Below are positions 34,401 through 45,621 of a stretch of DNA of 64,000 bases, in pieces; position 1 is the first letter of the stretch; each line of letters begins with the position of its first letter. This DNA is from Lingula anatina. Its lineage: Eukaryota > Animalia > Brachiopoda. The translations under genes and the position numbers were made by a program. Below the pieces are notes generated by a model. The model saw only the letters and a list, made by a program, of their open reading frames with translations, ran no database searches and was not told the origin of the DNA. The DNA lies in NCBI GenBank assembly GCA_051362555.1, contig CM120642.1:9362001-9426000 (forward strand), read 5' to 3'.

Positions 34401-37400
34401 GTATCAGTCATACTGGTAAAGATAAAGGTTTTGATGTAAGAAGTTTGTACATGGATGGGACCTTTCACAGAAAAAAAAGTGCAGCACAAATCGGCAATTA
34501 GACAAATTCAATCTTACAAAAGGGCAAGGTTTCAGAGAATGTGATTATTCCAGTCAAAGTTTATTCTTGTTTCTATTTTCCCCAAGTTGGCCTGTGTGAT
34601 TAATGGTCAAGTTAACCACTGCACTGTGCGTTTCTTTGACATCCACATGGTGTTCTTTGATTTCACTGTACTTTTAATGTTGTGTTACTTCAGTATCACC
34701 AGTATAAAGAATTTGAAAATGAATAAAAATGTGTTGTTTATGTCTTTAAAGAATGTGTTGTTAATGTGTTAAAGGCTATATGCTCTTTCCAACAAAAAAG
34801 CTATGATTTTTAAAAAATCAGTATTATATAAAAATTCATTTTCTATTTTCATTTTATCCCTGTACTTCTGCAGACATTTTTGTAACCTTGTTCATTGTAA
34901 TATCATATTTTTTCTGTTATATATTGTTCTTTTAAGTACATAAAAAGTTAAAATTGGTGTGACAGTGGTGTATTTGATTACAGTAAGCTATCTATTCCTG
35001 CTTCTCATAAACAGGAGACATTGACTTATCATTAATTGTAAATTTTATTTTTATTTAAAATATGCCAGGCTTTATGATTTATCACAATTCCAACCTATGT
35101 AAAATTTACGGTGTCAACAATAACAGTAATTTATCAGTTTAAAATTAAATTTGAATGCCCAGATGCTTTATAAAAAAAAAAGTGTTAAACCCACATCAGG
35201 TGTATTTGAAGGTTATACAAAGTCGGGATCACAAATGATGAATTTTGACTTTGAAATCTTTTTTACTTAATTCATTTACTTTTCGTAATAGGGTTGCTTT
35301 CATATAATCACGTTAATCAGTGAAATCCACTTAAGTTTTGGCTTGTTAACCAAGAGACACAGGATTTCCTTGTACAGATCAGTAATCTCTGCAGATTTAC
35401 CTCGAAGCTTAACGCAATATAATTGAGAGACGAAACCTTTTACAAAACAAAAGGATGTAGATAAAAAAACTTAACCATGCTAAATGTTTTCCTGATCAAA
35501 CAGGCACTTTAGAAAACCCTTGTAATTCAACGGATAAAGCCGTTGCCCTTTGTTGATCTGTTGTCTTTAATACACTAATGTAACCAAATCTACGTTAGTA
35601 TTGATACCATGGATTCCGGTTATCAAATTATCTGATTATTTGTTCTGCAGAATTGGATTACCTCTTGCAAACAGATCGCATTGTAGGACCAGTTTGGCCA
35701 ATCAAGTTTCCTTGCCAATGAGATGGGACTTGATTAAGTTAAAGAAATCAATTAGATGAACAACCCCAGCCTACGATGAAGACTCGAGATGTTCTTGCTC
35801 AGCGCTGAATTGTGTCCCCTTTTAACCTTTGGAATAGATAATGTTTTTTTTCCTGCTTGTTTGGTCAAAAGGTTATAGTTTAAAGAAGGGTGTGTTGGAG
35901 ATATTTCTGTTCCCCCTTACCCACCCACCCCCCTCCCCCAAATCTGTACACCTTCTCTAGCTATTGACTTAATTAAATCATTCTTTTGTCCTGTTTTAAA
36001 CCTAGTCTTCAGTTAATCACAGACTGTTGTGCCTGGTAAGTGATTTCTATGCCCCCCCCCCTTCCATGCCCCTTTCTACTTGCCTGAACCATGCTTTCAC
36101 ATAATTTATCACCTTCATTGTTTAATAATTAAAATATTATATAATTACTTATGGTTGATGTCACTTACATATTTAATGCAGACATGCTGAAAACTTATCA
36201 GAATGGCCGGACATTTGGACCGGCAGTAATGAAAAATTTGTCGGACCGAATGGATTTTTTTTTGGACCGAAAATCACCCTATTCGTTTGAGACAAATGCT
36301 ACCAGTGCAATTAGATGGCTTACTTTGTTTGTGAATGTGATAGGTTTGAGATGGAAGGAAAAAAACGCTTTGGGTTTTATATAATTTTATTAGTGAAGTA
36401 TGTCGAATGATGTCTGTAAATTCAAAATTGAGGTTCTTAAAATTCTTGTCGGTCCTTTGGACTGACCAAGTTCAATTTTTTACCAAGACCAATTGGACCG
36501 ACAGTTTCAGCATGTCTGTCATTGGAATTGTTACAACAATGGAATTGCTACCTTTGCTGTAAGTCCTAATTCCATCATCTTTGATGTAATGTTCAAGCTG
36601 AAAATCGTTGGCTTCTTTACCATTTTGTCATCTTTCAACTTTGCAAAATTACTTACATATCAATTCTTTTCAAATGAATGAAAAGTCATTTGTTTATTTA
36701 TATGAGTCAACATACAAAAGGATTATATATATATTCTTTTCTTATTTATTTTACTTTATTTATTAAGTGTAGAAAAATGGTAAAACTAAAATTTAACTTC
36801 GACATTGAAAGACCATACAGGTATCATAGAAGAATGAAAAAAAGAAAGAATATAATTGCTCTCCTTTGTATATTATGTTGATATAGATAAGAAAGATGCT
36901 GAAGTAGGCTGATTTAATGTGGTTCATGCCATATTTCTGAGAATTTAGGCTTTTGAACAAATCCCCTCATTCTGTTTCCAGAAACAAAGCCTATCGTTAC
37001 TGCATTAATTATGAGACACTCCATTTGCACTATTACTGACTGCTAATTACTTTCTGTGCATACAATACCTTCATGTGTCTGTTTCATGTTTCTCTCTGTC
37101 GTTATTATTAATAGGTGGGATATGTTCTTTGTTTGTTAGTGCATGGCTCTGCCATTGCATCTTCTTATGAATTCCTTACCAACTTTTATGATTACATAAT
37201 TTTCACAAGGTCATTTTGTAAAGATGGTTTTTCTCTGATTCCCTCAAAAAGTTTGATATAATATACAATAGAGTGACATGACTTGTATAGCCCTAAAGTA
37301 GTCATAACAGAACAAAGATTTCTTCGACTAGTCATCAAATTATATATATTAAGACATTGTTACTTATTATAAGTTCTAATGAGCTAGTACTTGACCTTGA

Positions 37401-37751
37401 ACTCCTTTTGAATCAAATTTCAAGCTAGCTGTCATTGTAAATTGTTATATTTATCAAGAGAAAGAGGGACATTATTTGTATTTTAGGTTAAGTATCTACA
37501 TATTTTGATAGCCTGTGTCTGTCTGTGTTGTAGCTCTCTCCAAATCATGGTCTAACACAACTGCTCATCCAAACCATATTTCTGTTTTGCTTAAAAATGA
37601 CAGAATTACTATGTTTGGGGAAAATGCAGACTGATTTCAAACAACAGCATGATGGGAATAATTTCTTGTATTGATGTTCATGTACATTTGCTACTTTTAT
37701 GCCATAGGTGACTTGTGTTTACCTCAGATTTTAAATTAGCTGTAGGGAGCT

Positions 37752-37798
<47 letters not shown>

Positions 37799-40700
37799 TT
37801 TTTGTGACGCTTGCTCCATAAGTTCCACACTATATTTTTGTTTTAATTTAGTTTTGTGAGTGGTCTTTGTTTGGTAAAAGGCAGGTTTAGTTTTTTAAAA
37901 AAAATTAGCATGGTTGCTTATTTTTCACATAAGTAATCTGCTGGTTTTTGTGGTGTTTTGCAAAACTGTTGTATATTTTGGCATGTAATGGTCTTAAAAT
38001 GTTAAGATTATGTATGAATTATTTCTTACTTTGTTTTAGGTAACTGGAAATAATAATTTTCATTTCAGTGATTTATTTGAATATTTGTGGCTCTCATTTA
38101 CAATGTGCATTGCTGCTCAACATGCCATTTTTGTGGTTTCTTTTGGTTTTTTTCATGAAAGTCAGCATGACTGGATTATTTTTTACTAAAGGTTTTGCTT
38201 TTTGGAATGTCTTCTCATGTTTAAACTACAGGAGCTACAGGATTGACCTTTTTCTTTAGAGTATCTGTATATTTGCTAGCTTTACTGTCTAGTTTTTATG
38301 TATAGCATGTGCTTATATCCCAGAAGCACTGGACAGAAGTTTTAGGCAATTTAAAAATGCGTGAACTGCATGTAAGTGTTCTTTTGGCCAAGTGTGTCAA
38401 AAAGGTGCTGCCACATACGTAAAGTACTGTAGAACTTGAAGCAGTGATAGATGGATAGTACCTGAATATCATTGAATGTACAAGCAAAATGGGAATTTTT
38501 TTCTCTCCAATATCTAAATGGCTATTGATACATAAATAGATCTAAATCTCCTAGATGCATAAATTTTAAATTTTGCTTCAAAATTTGATTTTTTCCTTGA
38601 CATTTTCAGTATATCTATCAATGTGCAAGAATTCGGTAATACATCCTTGATATATATGTCACAAAAACAATGAAAATTATATTATTAGACAAAGGAAGTG
38701 AATCATGGCATCAAGTGCTTACCACACTCTGTAATTACTTATAGTTGTGTCTTTCAATAATGCATTATTGGTGCCCATTAAGAATGGCCTGTTACGTCAG
38801 TTGTAGGATTTGTCAGAATGGCAAAATATTCATACACTTAGCTTTTAGACAGCTTGCCTGGAATAGGTTGGGTTCACATTAATGTCATTTAGATCAGCAG
38901 TGAACCAGTCCAGAGCCATAGGAAAATATTTTTGATATTTTTACATATAGTTATAAAAGTTATCTGTGTGAATGTGCTGCCACCTGGTGGATGTGTACAG
39001 TCTGTACTGTGATCAAGACTGGAAAGATGGCTGGAAAGTCTCATGAGGCTGATAGGTTTTTGCAGTTAAGAACTTTTATGAATTTTGCAATCTAAAGCTT
39101 CTGTGTTGCACTCGGATGACCAACACTGGTTGTGTTTTGGAATATTGTACTAAAGTAGTCTGATTAACAGTATATGAATAAAATTTCTTAAAGCTGAAAT
39201 CCATCAAAAGCCAATTGCTATTTTATGCTATGAATACAAAGTAATTAAAAAATATTATAAAATCACAATCGTGGCAAAATATATTTGTCCCAAACCGATT
39301 CTGAACCACTACTGCTTAGTCTAATGTGAACACTTGTTTATTATGTGGTGTTTAATTCCTAGTGGTTAGCTAATTACCAGCACTAACTGCAGGGTCATTA
39401 GTCCCCGGGGAATGAATTAGCCATTAAACAAGTGTAGAGGATACAGACAGAATTGATGGCCGCTACACTTTCCCTCATGGAAATCCTGGTCAGAGAGTAA
39501 AATCTTGTTAATTTAAACATCTGTGGTCTGTTTGCCCTCCTTCTTTCTTTCTCTTTCTCCCTCTCTCTCTCTCCGTCTCTCTATCTTCCTCTTCCTCCAA
39601 ACTCACTTGCCCAAGTTCACAAGCTTTCTCATTTTTTAGTTATTTCACTCCTGGCACATTCTTATTATTCACTTTCTTTTTGGTGAAGAGCATAATACTG
39701 ATAATTTTATGAAACATCTCCAACTGCACATTGGTACATCTGGATGCTTTTTCATCTTGTGTAAGCTTTTGTTTTCAGGTAATACAACTTTTATTGTGTT
39801 GACAATCCTGATAATGAAGATCGTTTCACCTTTTAGAAGTTAAATCCATTAATTCTGTGGATTTTCAAACCTAAAATTTATTACAAGTACAGTTGAATGA
39901 TATTAAATCACAAAATTAAATTACATTCAATCATTCCATTGATTATAAAGATACAGATATCGTTGCTGAAGCTAAGCTTTTGTCATGACAGGATTCTGCA
40001 TTTAAAAAAAATTTGTTTTATAATTGTTTTAGTGTTGTCTGTTATTTATCTTGTGACAGCTAATTTTGTCATGATTTAGATTCCTTGTTGGACCAGACTA
40101 GCAGAGAATTGATTAATTAGATGTCTTCTTGTGATTTTGTGAGGCTGAGACTTACAGGCTATACAAAATATTTGATTTGGAATAGATTTAAATGAGGAAT
40201 CAACAGAGAGGGACTGAATTTTTTTTTTTTTTTTTTTTTTGGTTTGGTGATCAGTTCATTAAACTGCCCCTCCCTCTCTCTTTCTCTCTCTAGAACATGA
40301 ATATATGGATTAATAAATTTATCCTTCTCTTTAAGTTGTGTAAATGAAGTAAATAAAAAAATATTTAAATGAAAGCTTAAAAAACACATTCAGAGCAAAG
40401 CTCCTTCAGAACACATTATTATTAATCAAGGAGAAAGCTAAAGCATTTCAATCACAAATCTATTCACCTAACATTCACCGTTCATGTCTGCTGGTTTGAA
40501 AGTTTTATGAGGAGTGAGATTGCCGTGTTCCCTAGGGCCAGAGCCTAGAAGCTAGTTCTCTAAGTAGGCAAGGATGTGTAGTTTCAATTGATTTTATTAT
40601 CCGCTGTCAGTGAAATTGGAAATTTCTTGGGAGGGACCATGGTATAATGAGATCAAACATGGTGTGATAGTTTTTAAAAACTTGTTGGTGAGGCTGGGAA

Positions 40701-41862
40701 GGTGTGTGGGACCCCAGTCTGCTGATGTAGCTTTTGTTTGACTGTACAAGTATGTTGTATGTAGTTTTAATATTCACTGCAAGCCAGACTGAACGTTTTT
40801 ATGCCTGCTTAAAAGACCATATGCAGTTTGAAACAATGTCAAAACTAAATGACAGAATTGTAAAATTAAGTCCACTGAAAAGAGGCTGCCCAATGTTCAC
40901 TTTGATTGAATTTTTTATGCGTGTATTTATCATCCCTTTTCAACAAAAAATGATATTCTTAAGTCTTGGAAGTGATTCTGACACTGAAAATTATGTTGTG
41001 TTGATGTGATTTAAAATTGATTTTACTATCAGGCTACTGGTTAAAAACATTTTATGGCAAAATGAGACCAAGTAACATGCATCAGTTGACCACTTTTACA
41101 TTTGTTTACAAGACAGCTTCTTTCAGGATGTTTGGTCATTTTCAACAGTGGTCATTTTATCTGGACATGGTCATCATGACTTGGGTATCATTATAACTAA
41201 TGGTCAGCACTAGTAAAATCTGTCTGCTTTCAAATAATTTATTGCATAATCTGCATTGATTATTTTACAATGTCCATCAGCTTTTAATTTCAGCATACTT
41301 TTAGCCTATCATATGTCTGCCAGCTAACAAGTTTAATAGAACAAATGTAAAATAATCATGTTCAATTTCAGGATCAAGGGAGATATTAATGGCACAATAA
41401 AAGTTCGATCTGATTTAGATTATTGGCAGTTAGATAGCTAATGGGTATTTGTAAGGTTGTACTTGATATGGCTGTGTTTCAGTGCACCGCTTTTGTATAG
41501 TGGTCATTTTAATTACAGTTTATTCCCTGCTTAGAATAAAAAGAATGGTGAATTGTATTGTTTTGTAATCTAAACGCTATTAAAGCACATCGCCCTAGAA
41601 CCAACAAAGTGTTGAACAACTTTTTTTCTCTGTAAATTCTATGGCAAGTTTGTGCAAAAAAAATTAAAAAATGGCGTAAATATTGGTTTTATAGAAATAT
41701 TTTCTTCTTTTTAGGCTGGGAATGCACAAGCAAAGTGTTGGCATTGCCCTGGAGCAGCCAAGCGCTGCATGGTTTCTGAAACAAGTCCTGGCACCATTTG
41801 GTGAGGAAAGTGAGAAAAGAATTCAGAAAATCCTCAAAAGAGTCACTCATGTTTCATCTTAG
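19615..41862 (+). CDS. RPAP2: RNA polymerase II-associated protein 2 (Rtr1/RPAP2 putative CTD phosphatase), 717 aa, 10 exons
   Basis: Exons 19615-19658, 20180-20294, 20562-20660, 20864-20929, 21244-21371, 22292-23606, 23896-23984, 24298-24378, 24734-24802, 41715-41862 give a 2154-nt frame. RTR1 zinc finger DIVEERHLAKLCGYLLC..IPKQKYHIS..VYDISERKKFCSNRCYKAS; C-terminal LPMVDHYSQQQIRKKIVLERL..LPDLLVPL..TFSLGSHNILFRSVEW. First and last exons are less certain. AATAAA at 42047-42052. Confidence 0.92.
21940..22162. mobile_element. PIF/Harbinger-like MITE (~223 bp) in RPAP2 intron 5
   Basis: Perfect 34-bp inverted repeat CCCCTTTACACTGGACGGCGTCCTTTCTGCGTCC (21943-21976 / 22126-22159), right terminus ...GGGGCCC, and TAA on both flanks (21937-21939, 22163-22165). 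The outer 3 nt of the left end are mismatched. Confidence 0.8.
29323..29404. repeat. Compound (GT)n-(GA)n microsatellite followed by a G-run
   Basis: Seen directly. Confidence 0.95.
31445..31479. repeat. (TA)n microsatellite
   Basis: Seen directly. Confidence 0.95.
32248..32275 (+). repeat. Poly-G homopolymer (28 G)
   Basis: Seen directly. Confidence 0.95.
33933..34006. repeat. ~38-bp tandem duplication
   Basis: AATTTTTTTTATTCAA(T/C)AGTCATGATTTAGATTTCA occurs twice in tandem. Confidence 0.9.
36179..36518. mobile_element. hAT-like MITE remnant (~340 bp) in the long RPAP2 intron
   Basis: 14-bp terminal inverted repeat CAGACATGCTGAAA / TTTCAGCATGTCTG, with reiterated internal GGACCG motifs. 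No intact 8-bp TSD, so the superfamily is tentative. Confidence 0.55.
37751..37801. repeat. (TTTA)n microsatellite
   Basis: Seen directly. Confidence 0.95.
38975..38990 (-). promoter_or_regulatory. Candidate CTCF binding site
   Basis: The minus strand reads CCACCAGGTGGCAGCA, a full match to the CTCF core CCASYAGRKGGCRS. Confidence 0.5.
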
Positions 41863-43557
41863 AGTGATCTGTTTTTGGGGACCAGAAATTGGAGTCTTGA
41901 ATCATTAGATGACGAGATTAAAACACGACTTTGTTTTAGGCCCCTATGACCCGAGCAGACGACCCACGGACTTATGCCACATAGTTACTCGGCACTGAAA
42001 CTTTTCTAAACTTTTAGATAATTATTTTCATACTGTTTACCTACAAAATAAAACAATAGTAGTTCACTAAAATGAAATTTGTCTCCTGTTTTATGACAGT
42101 TAACATGTGGTACGTGTTTCAGACCAGTACTGCGCCAGAATCTTCAGCTAAAGTAGACCAATTTTTTGTCCAAAAGTTTAGACTAATTTTCGGGCTATTT
42201 TATTTTATTTTATTTTTGTGAAATCGACCGCTGGTCCTCTTGGAATGCAAGCTCAGCGTCTGGAACACGTACACACTCTTTAAGGGCGATTTCACCAGTG
42301 AGTTCATGTGATAAATTCCATTAAAGAATTGACGGTGAATACTGAGCTAATGAGTGTTTAAGGGTGTCCGAGTACATTTGCATGGTTAAAAGCTGCTTAA
42401 ATAGGTGCTGATGCGAAAGAAAAAACATTAATGAATTTTCCTGTAAAAATCTCACCCTTTATTCTGGAAATGATAAGCTCGTTGAATGAAGCTCATTATT
42501 TTTTGTTACATAACTGACTTAAAGGTTTTTTATGCTTTTCATTTTTTTTACAGCTTAGTTGAAGTAAAGAGTGAACTACCTGAAATGGAATGGGTACGTT
42601 AATCATGTTATTTGTGTACAGGTAGTAAAGCACGTGCAAACAGGATATTCAATCAAAAATTAATTCTAACAGGAAGAGGAAAGTACTTTGATGAATGATC
42701 ATTCACCAGACTTTCGTACCAATGATGAACTTATTTTGGGAGATATGATGTGTGTATATCGGTTAGCTTATAGAAGTTGATTTTCACAGACATGGTGAGT
42801 AACCATGCAGTGGTCATATATGAAAACGTTAATTGTAGTGAGTACTCCAAAAGAAAAGATGTAAGTGCTTAAAAATAATTTTTAATTTCTGTTAATTTAA
42901 GGAGACGAATTCATTTGATTGTAACTTCTCTTTTTGAAAAATTGTCGCTTGAGATTTTTATCAAACTTTGTGAACTTTATGTATTTTGCTCCCCAAAACA
43001 CCAATAAACAAAATTCAACGATGAAAACAATACCAATGTTAAGCACTTAATCGCGTTTTAGTGGTTTTAGATTTAATTGAAAATGGACAGTCTAAGGTGT
43101 CTCAATCTCTAATGCTGATCCGCACATCGTGATAATCCGCAAATCGTGGGCAGATAATGATTTTGGCGTTTCGTGGTCATCTCTCGAATAGGCAAATATT
43201 GTCACTTATTAAATTTTTAGTGCACTGTTTTCCGTAACTCTTGACGGTGACAGTGCGATCGGAAGTTACTTGCATCATATTCCAACAGCAGTTTTGTTTT
43301 TAGTCGCCAACATATTAGTTCTCCTTGAAGTGGAGAGCTAAAACAGCTGGTAATGTAGATGTACATAGTTTTGCACATAAAGGATCAAAATTGATCTTTA
43401 AACTACGGAGAAAACCGAAAGTGTTAGCCTGCTAGCTAAAATTCAATTTTGTAACGTTTCTGTCATTTCAGACTTAGAAAGCACTAAAATGCTCTTGCTT
43501 TATTGTTATTTCAATATAGTTTATTAAATTTTAAGATAAAAATCTTTCAAACAAATC

Positions 43558-43922
43558 GCATATCTTATGCCAAATTTAAAAAAGGGGGGAGAGAGATATC
43601 GACTTATATTTAATAAAGTTGTAACGACTACTATTTTGTCTATGAATTACAGCTGGTTTTTCACTAACGTGGAATTAAACTAGCCAACCGTGGCTTAAAA
43701 CGTGTAACACCATTTGTCTGAGGCGGGGAATGAACGCGCATTATTATGCCAAATGCCAAAAAAAGCGGTGGAGAGAGAGATATCGGCTTACATTTAAAAA
43801 AGTTGTAAAGACTATTATTTTGTCTTTGAATGAAAGCTAGCTTTTCACCGACGTGGAATACAACTAGCCAAACGTGAGTTAAAACGCGTAGTACCATTTA
43901 TGTGAGGCGGGGAATTAACGCA
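43558..43922. repeat. Diverged ~180-bp tandem duplication (2 copies)
   Basis: TTATGCCAAAT..GAGAGATATCG..AAAGTTGTAA..ACGTGGAAT..CTAGCCAA..TTAAAACG..TGAGGCGGGGAAT recurs at an offset of ~180-184 bp. Confidence 0.9.
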
Positions 43923-45555
43923 CTGCTGCCTTCACACTACCTGATGTATTTCCTAAGTGGCTTAAAACGCGTTGACTAATTTTTCCCTTCTTTACTGTGA
44001 ATGGAACTCATGTATGACTGAACACGGTGCGGTGCGTTTGTTAAAGGAACACGGAGTTCTCTCCTAATGGCTGAGAACATCTGTGGATGAGTCGTACCGG
44101 CAACTAAAAAAAAAAGAAGCAGTTGTTTTCATGCTTCTGTTTTAGCGACAAGGAGGTGGCTTGAAAACGTGTCACATAACTGTTGAGATGTAGCAGACGA
44201 TGAGTGCTGGAATTCCCTAGAGTAATCTTAGGTAGTTTCGAAACTGTGAGATTTACATTTGCTGAACAACGGATTTGAAATTCTCGAGCTAAAAATGTGC
44301 CTCGATGATGATGAACTGACTTGAGAGTGGAGTGATTGTGAGCACAGATGGGGGAGGGGTGTGGATGGCGAAAACGACCGCAAAAGCTGGGCACGCCACA
44401 TGCTGAATAAACGTTTATCTTGTATGTATGCGAAACACACACTGTCTCGTGCACACTTATGCGCATACACAAGCGTACTCACACACTCGTCCATAACGAC
44501 ACTATGCACTCGTCCAGTATGAGTTACACATTTAAAGCATTTTAGGGAAAGGTGGGGTCAATATGAATGTTAAATGACACGGTTTAAACAGCGTGTTCAT
44601 GTATTTTAGATTCCTTTAAAAGGTTTCAAAACGATGCAGGACCAGAAATCTTATAGGGAAATCATGGACGTTGCAAAATGAATTTGTTACGTTGTCGCCA
44701 CCCTGTTCTTACCATTTTTGCTTCTCTAAAACGGTTTAGGCTCAGCTTCAGACAACAGGAGTTTGATTACAATCCCCGTAATCAAGCGCCATCCTTCTGG
44801 TCTTTTGGTTTGAAGCAAAAAAAAAAAAAAACGAGCTACATGTACGAGATTTTAATGTTGCTTGCGAATCTACCTTTTTGTCATGTTGTTTTCTTCATTG
44901 AAATGTTCCCGTTACACAATCGACATACTAAAAAGAAGAACAGCAGAGCCAATGAGATAAACAGATATGACATTTGTTGTATTTTCCTTTTGCTCCTCCC
45001 CATGTATTTCATTGAACACTTTTTCTTATGTGCAATGTTTTTGGTGCGCCAAAGCCCCGAGAGCGATTCTCATGTCTTCCGTGACAAAATCGCTGCAATA
45101 TCTCTGGCACTTCATGATCCTCTTGGGAATTCAAAACACTAAGCAAATACTGCTGATGTCTACGCGTGCCAAAGTCACAATTTCTTAATTGCTACTCGGG
45201 GCCTTGTATATCATTACAAGCGATATTGGAGATATTGGTTTGACACAAACGTCTCCCAGATTGGCGTTTGACAGAAGTAATTTAATTTCCTTGAAACGCT
45301 GGACAATATCCAGAACGGCTTTTGCCGCAGAACGACATCAAAAATGTCGTTGTTCATGATTTACGGGCGGCTGGGTAGATGTACCTTTTTTCTGTTTTCT
45401 CAGTTTTTGTGCAGATGCCTGGAATATATGTGACTTCGTGAAATTATCTTGTTGTTGCTCCGCCAGCTTTTTCCCTTTTTTGTTCGTGATCAAAGAAAAA
45501 TGTATTTATTCATTAATCTAAAAATATTTTCTATTTATTTGTTAAATCATATTCC

Positions 45556-45618
<63 letters not shown>

Positions 45619-45621
45619 TTT
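45556..45621. repeat. (TTTA)n microsatellite
   Basis: Seen directly. Confidence 0.95.

Noticed and set aside
44104-45188. ORFs of 122, 93 and 154 aa between RPAP2 and Gfi
   Set aside because: Include poly-A and CA-derived stretches, with atypical composition and no homology cues; likely chance ORFs.
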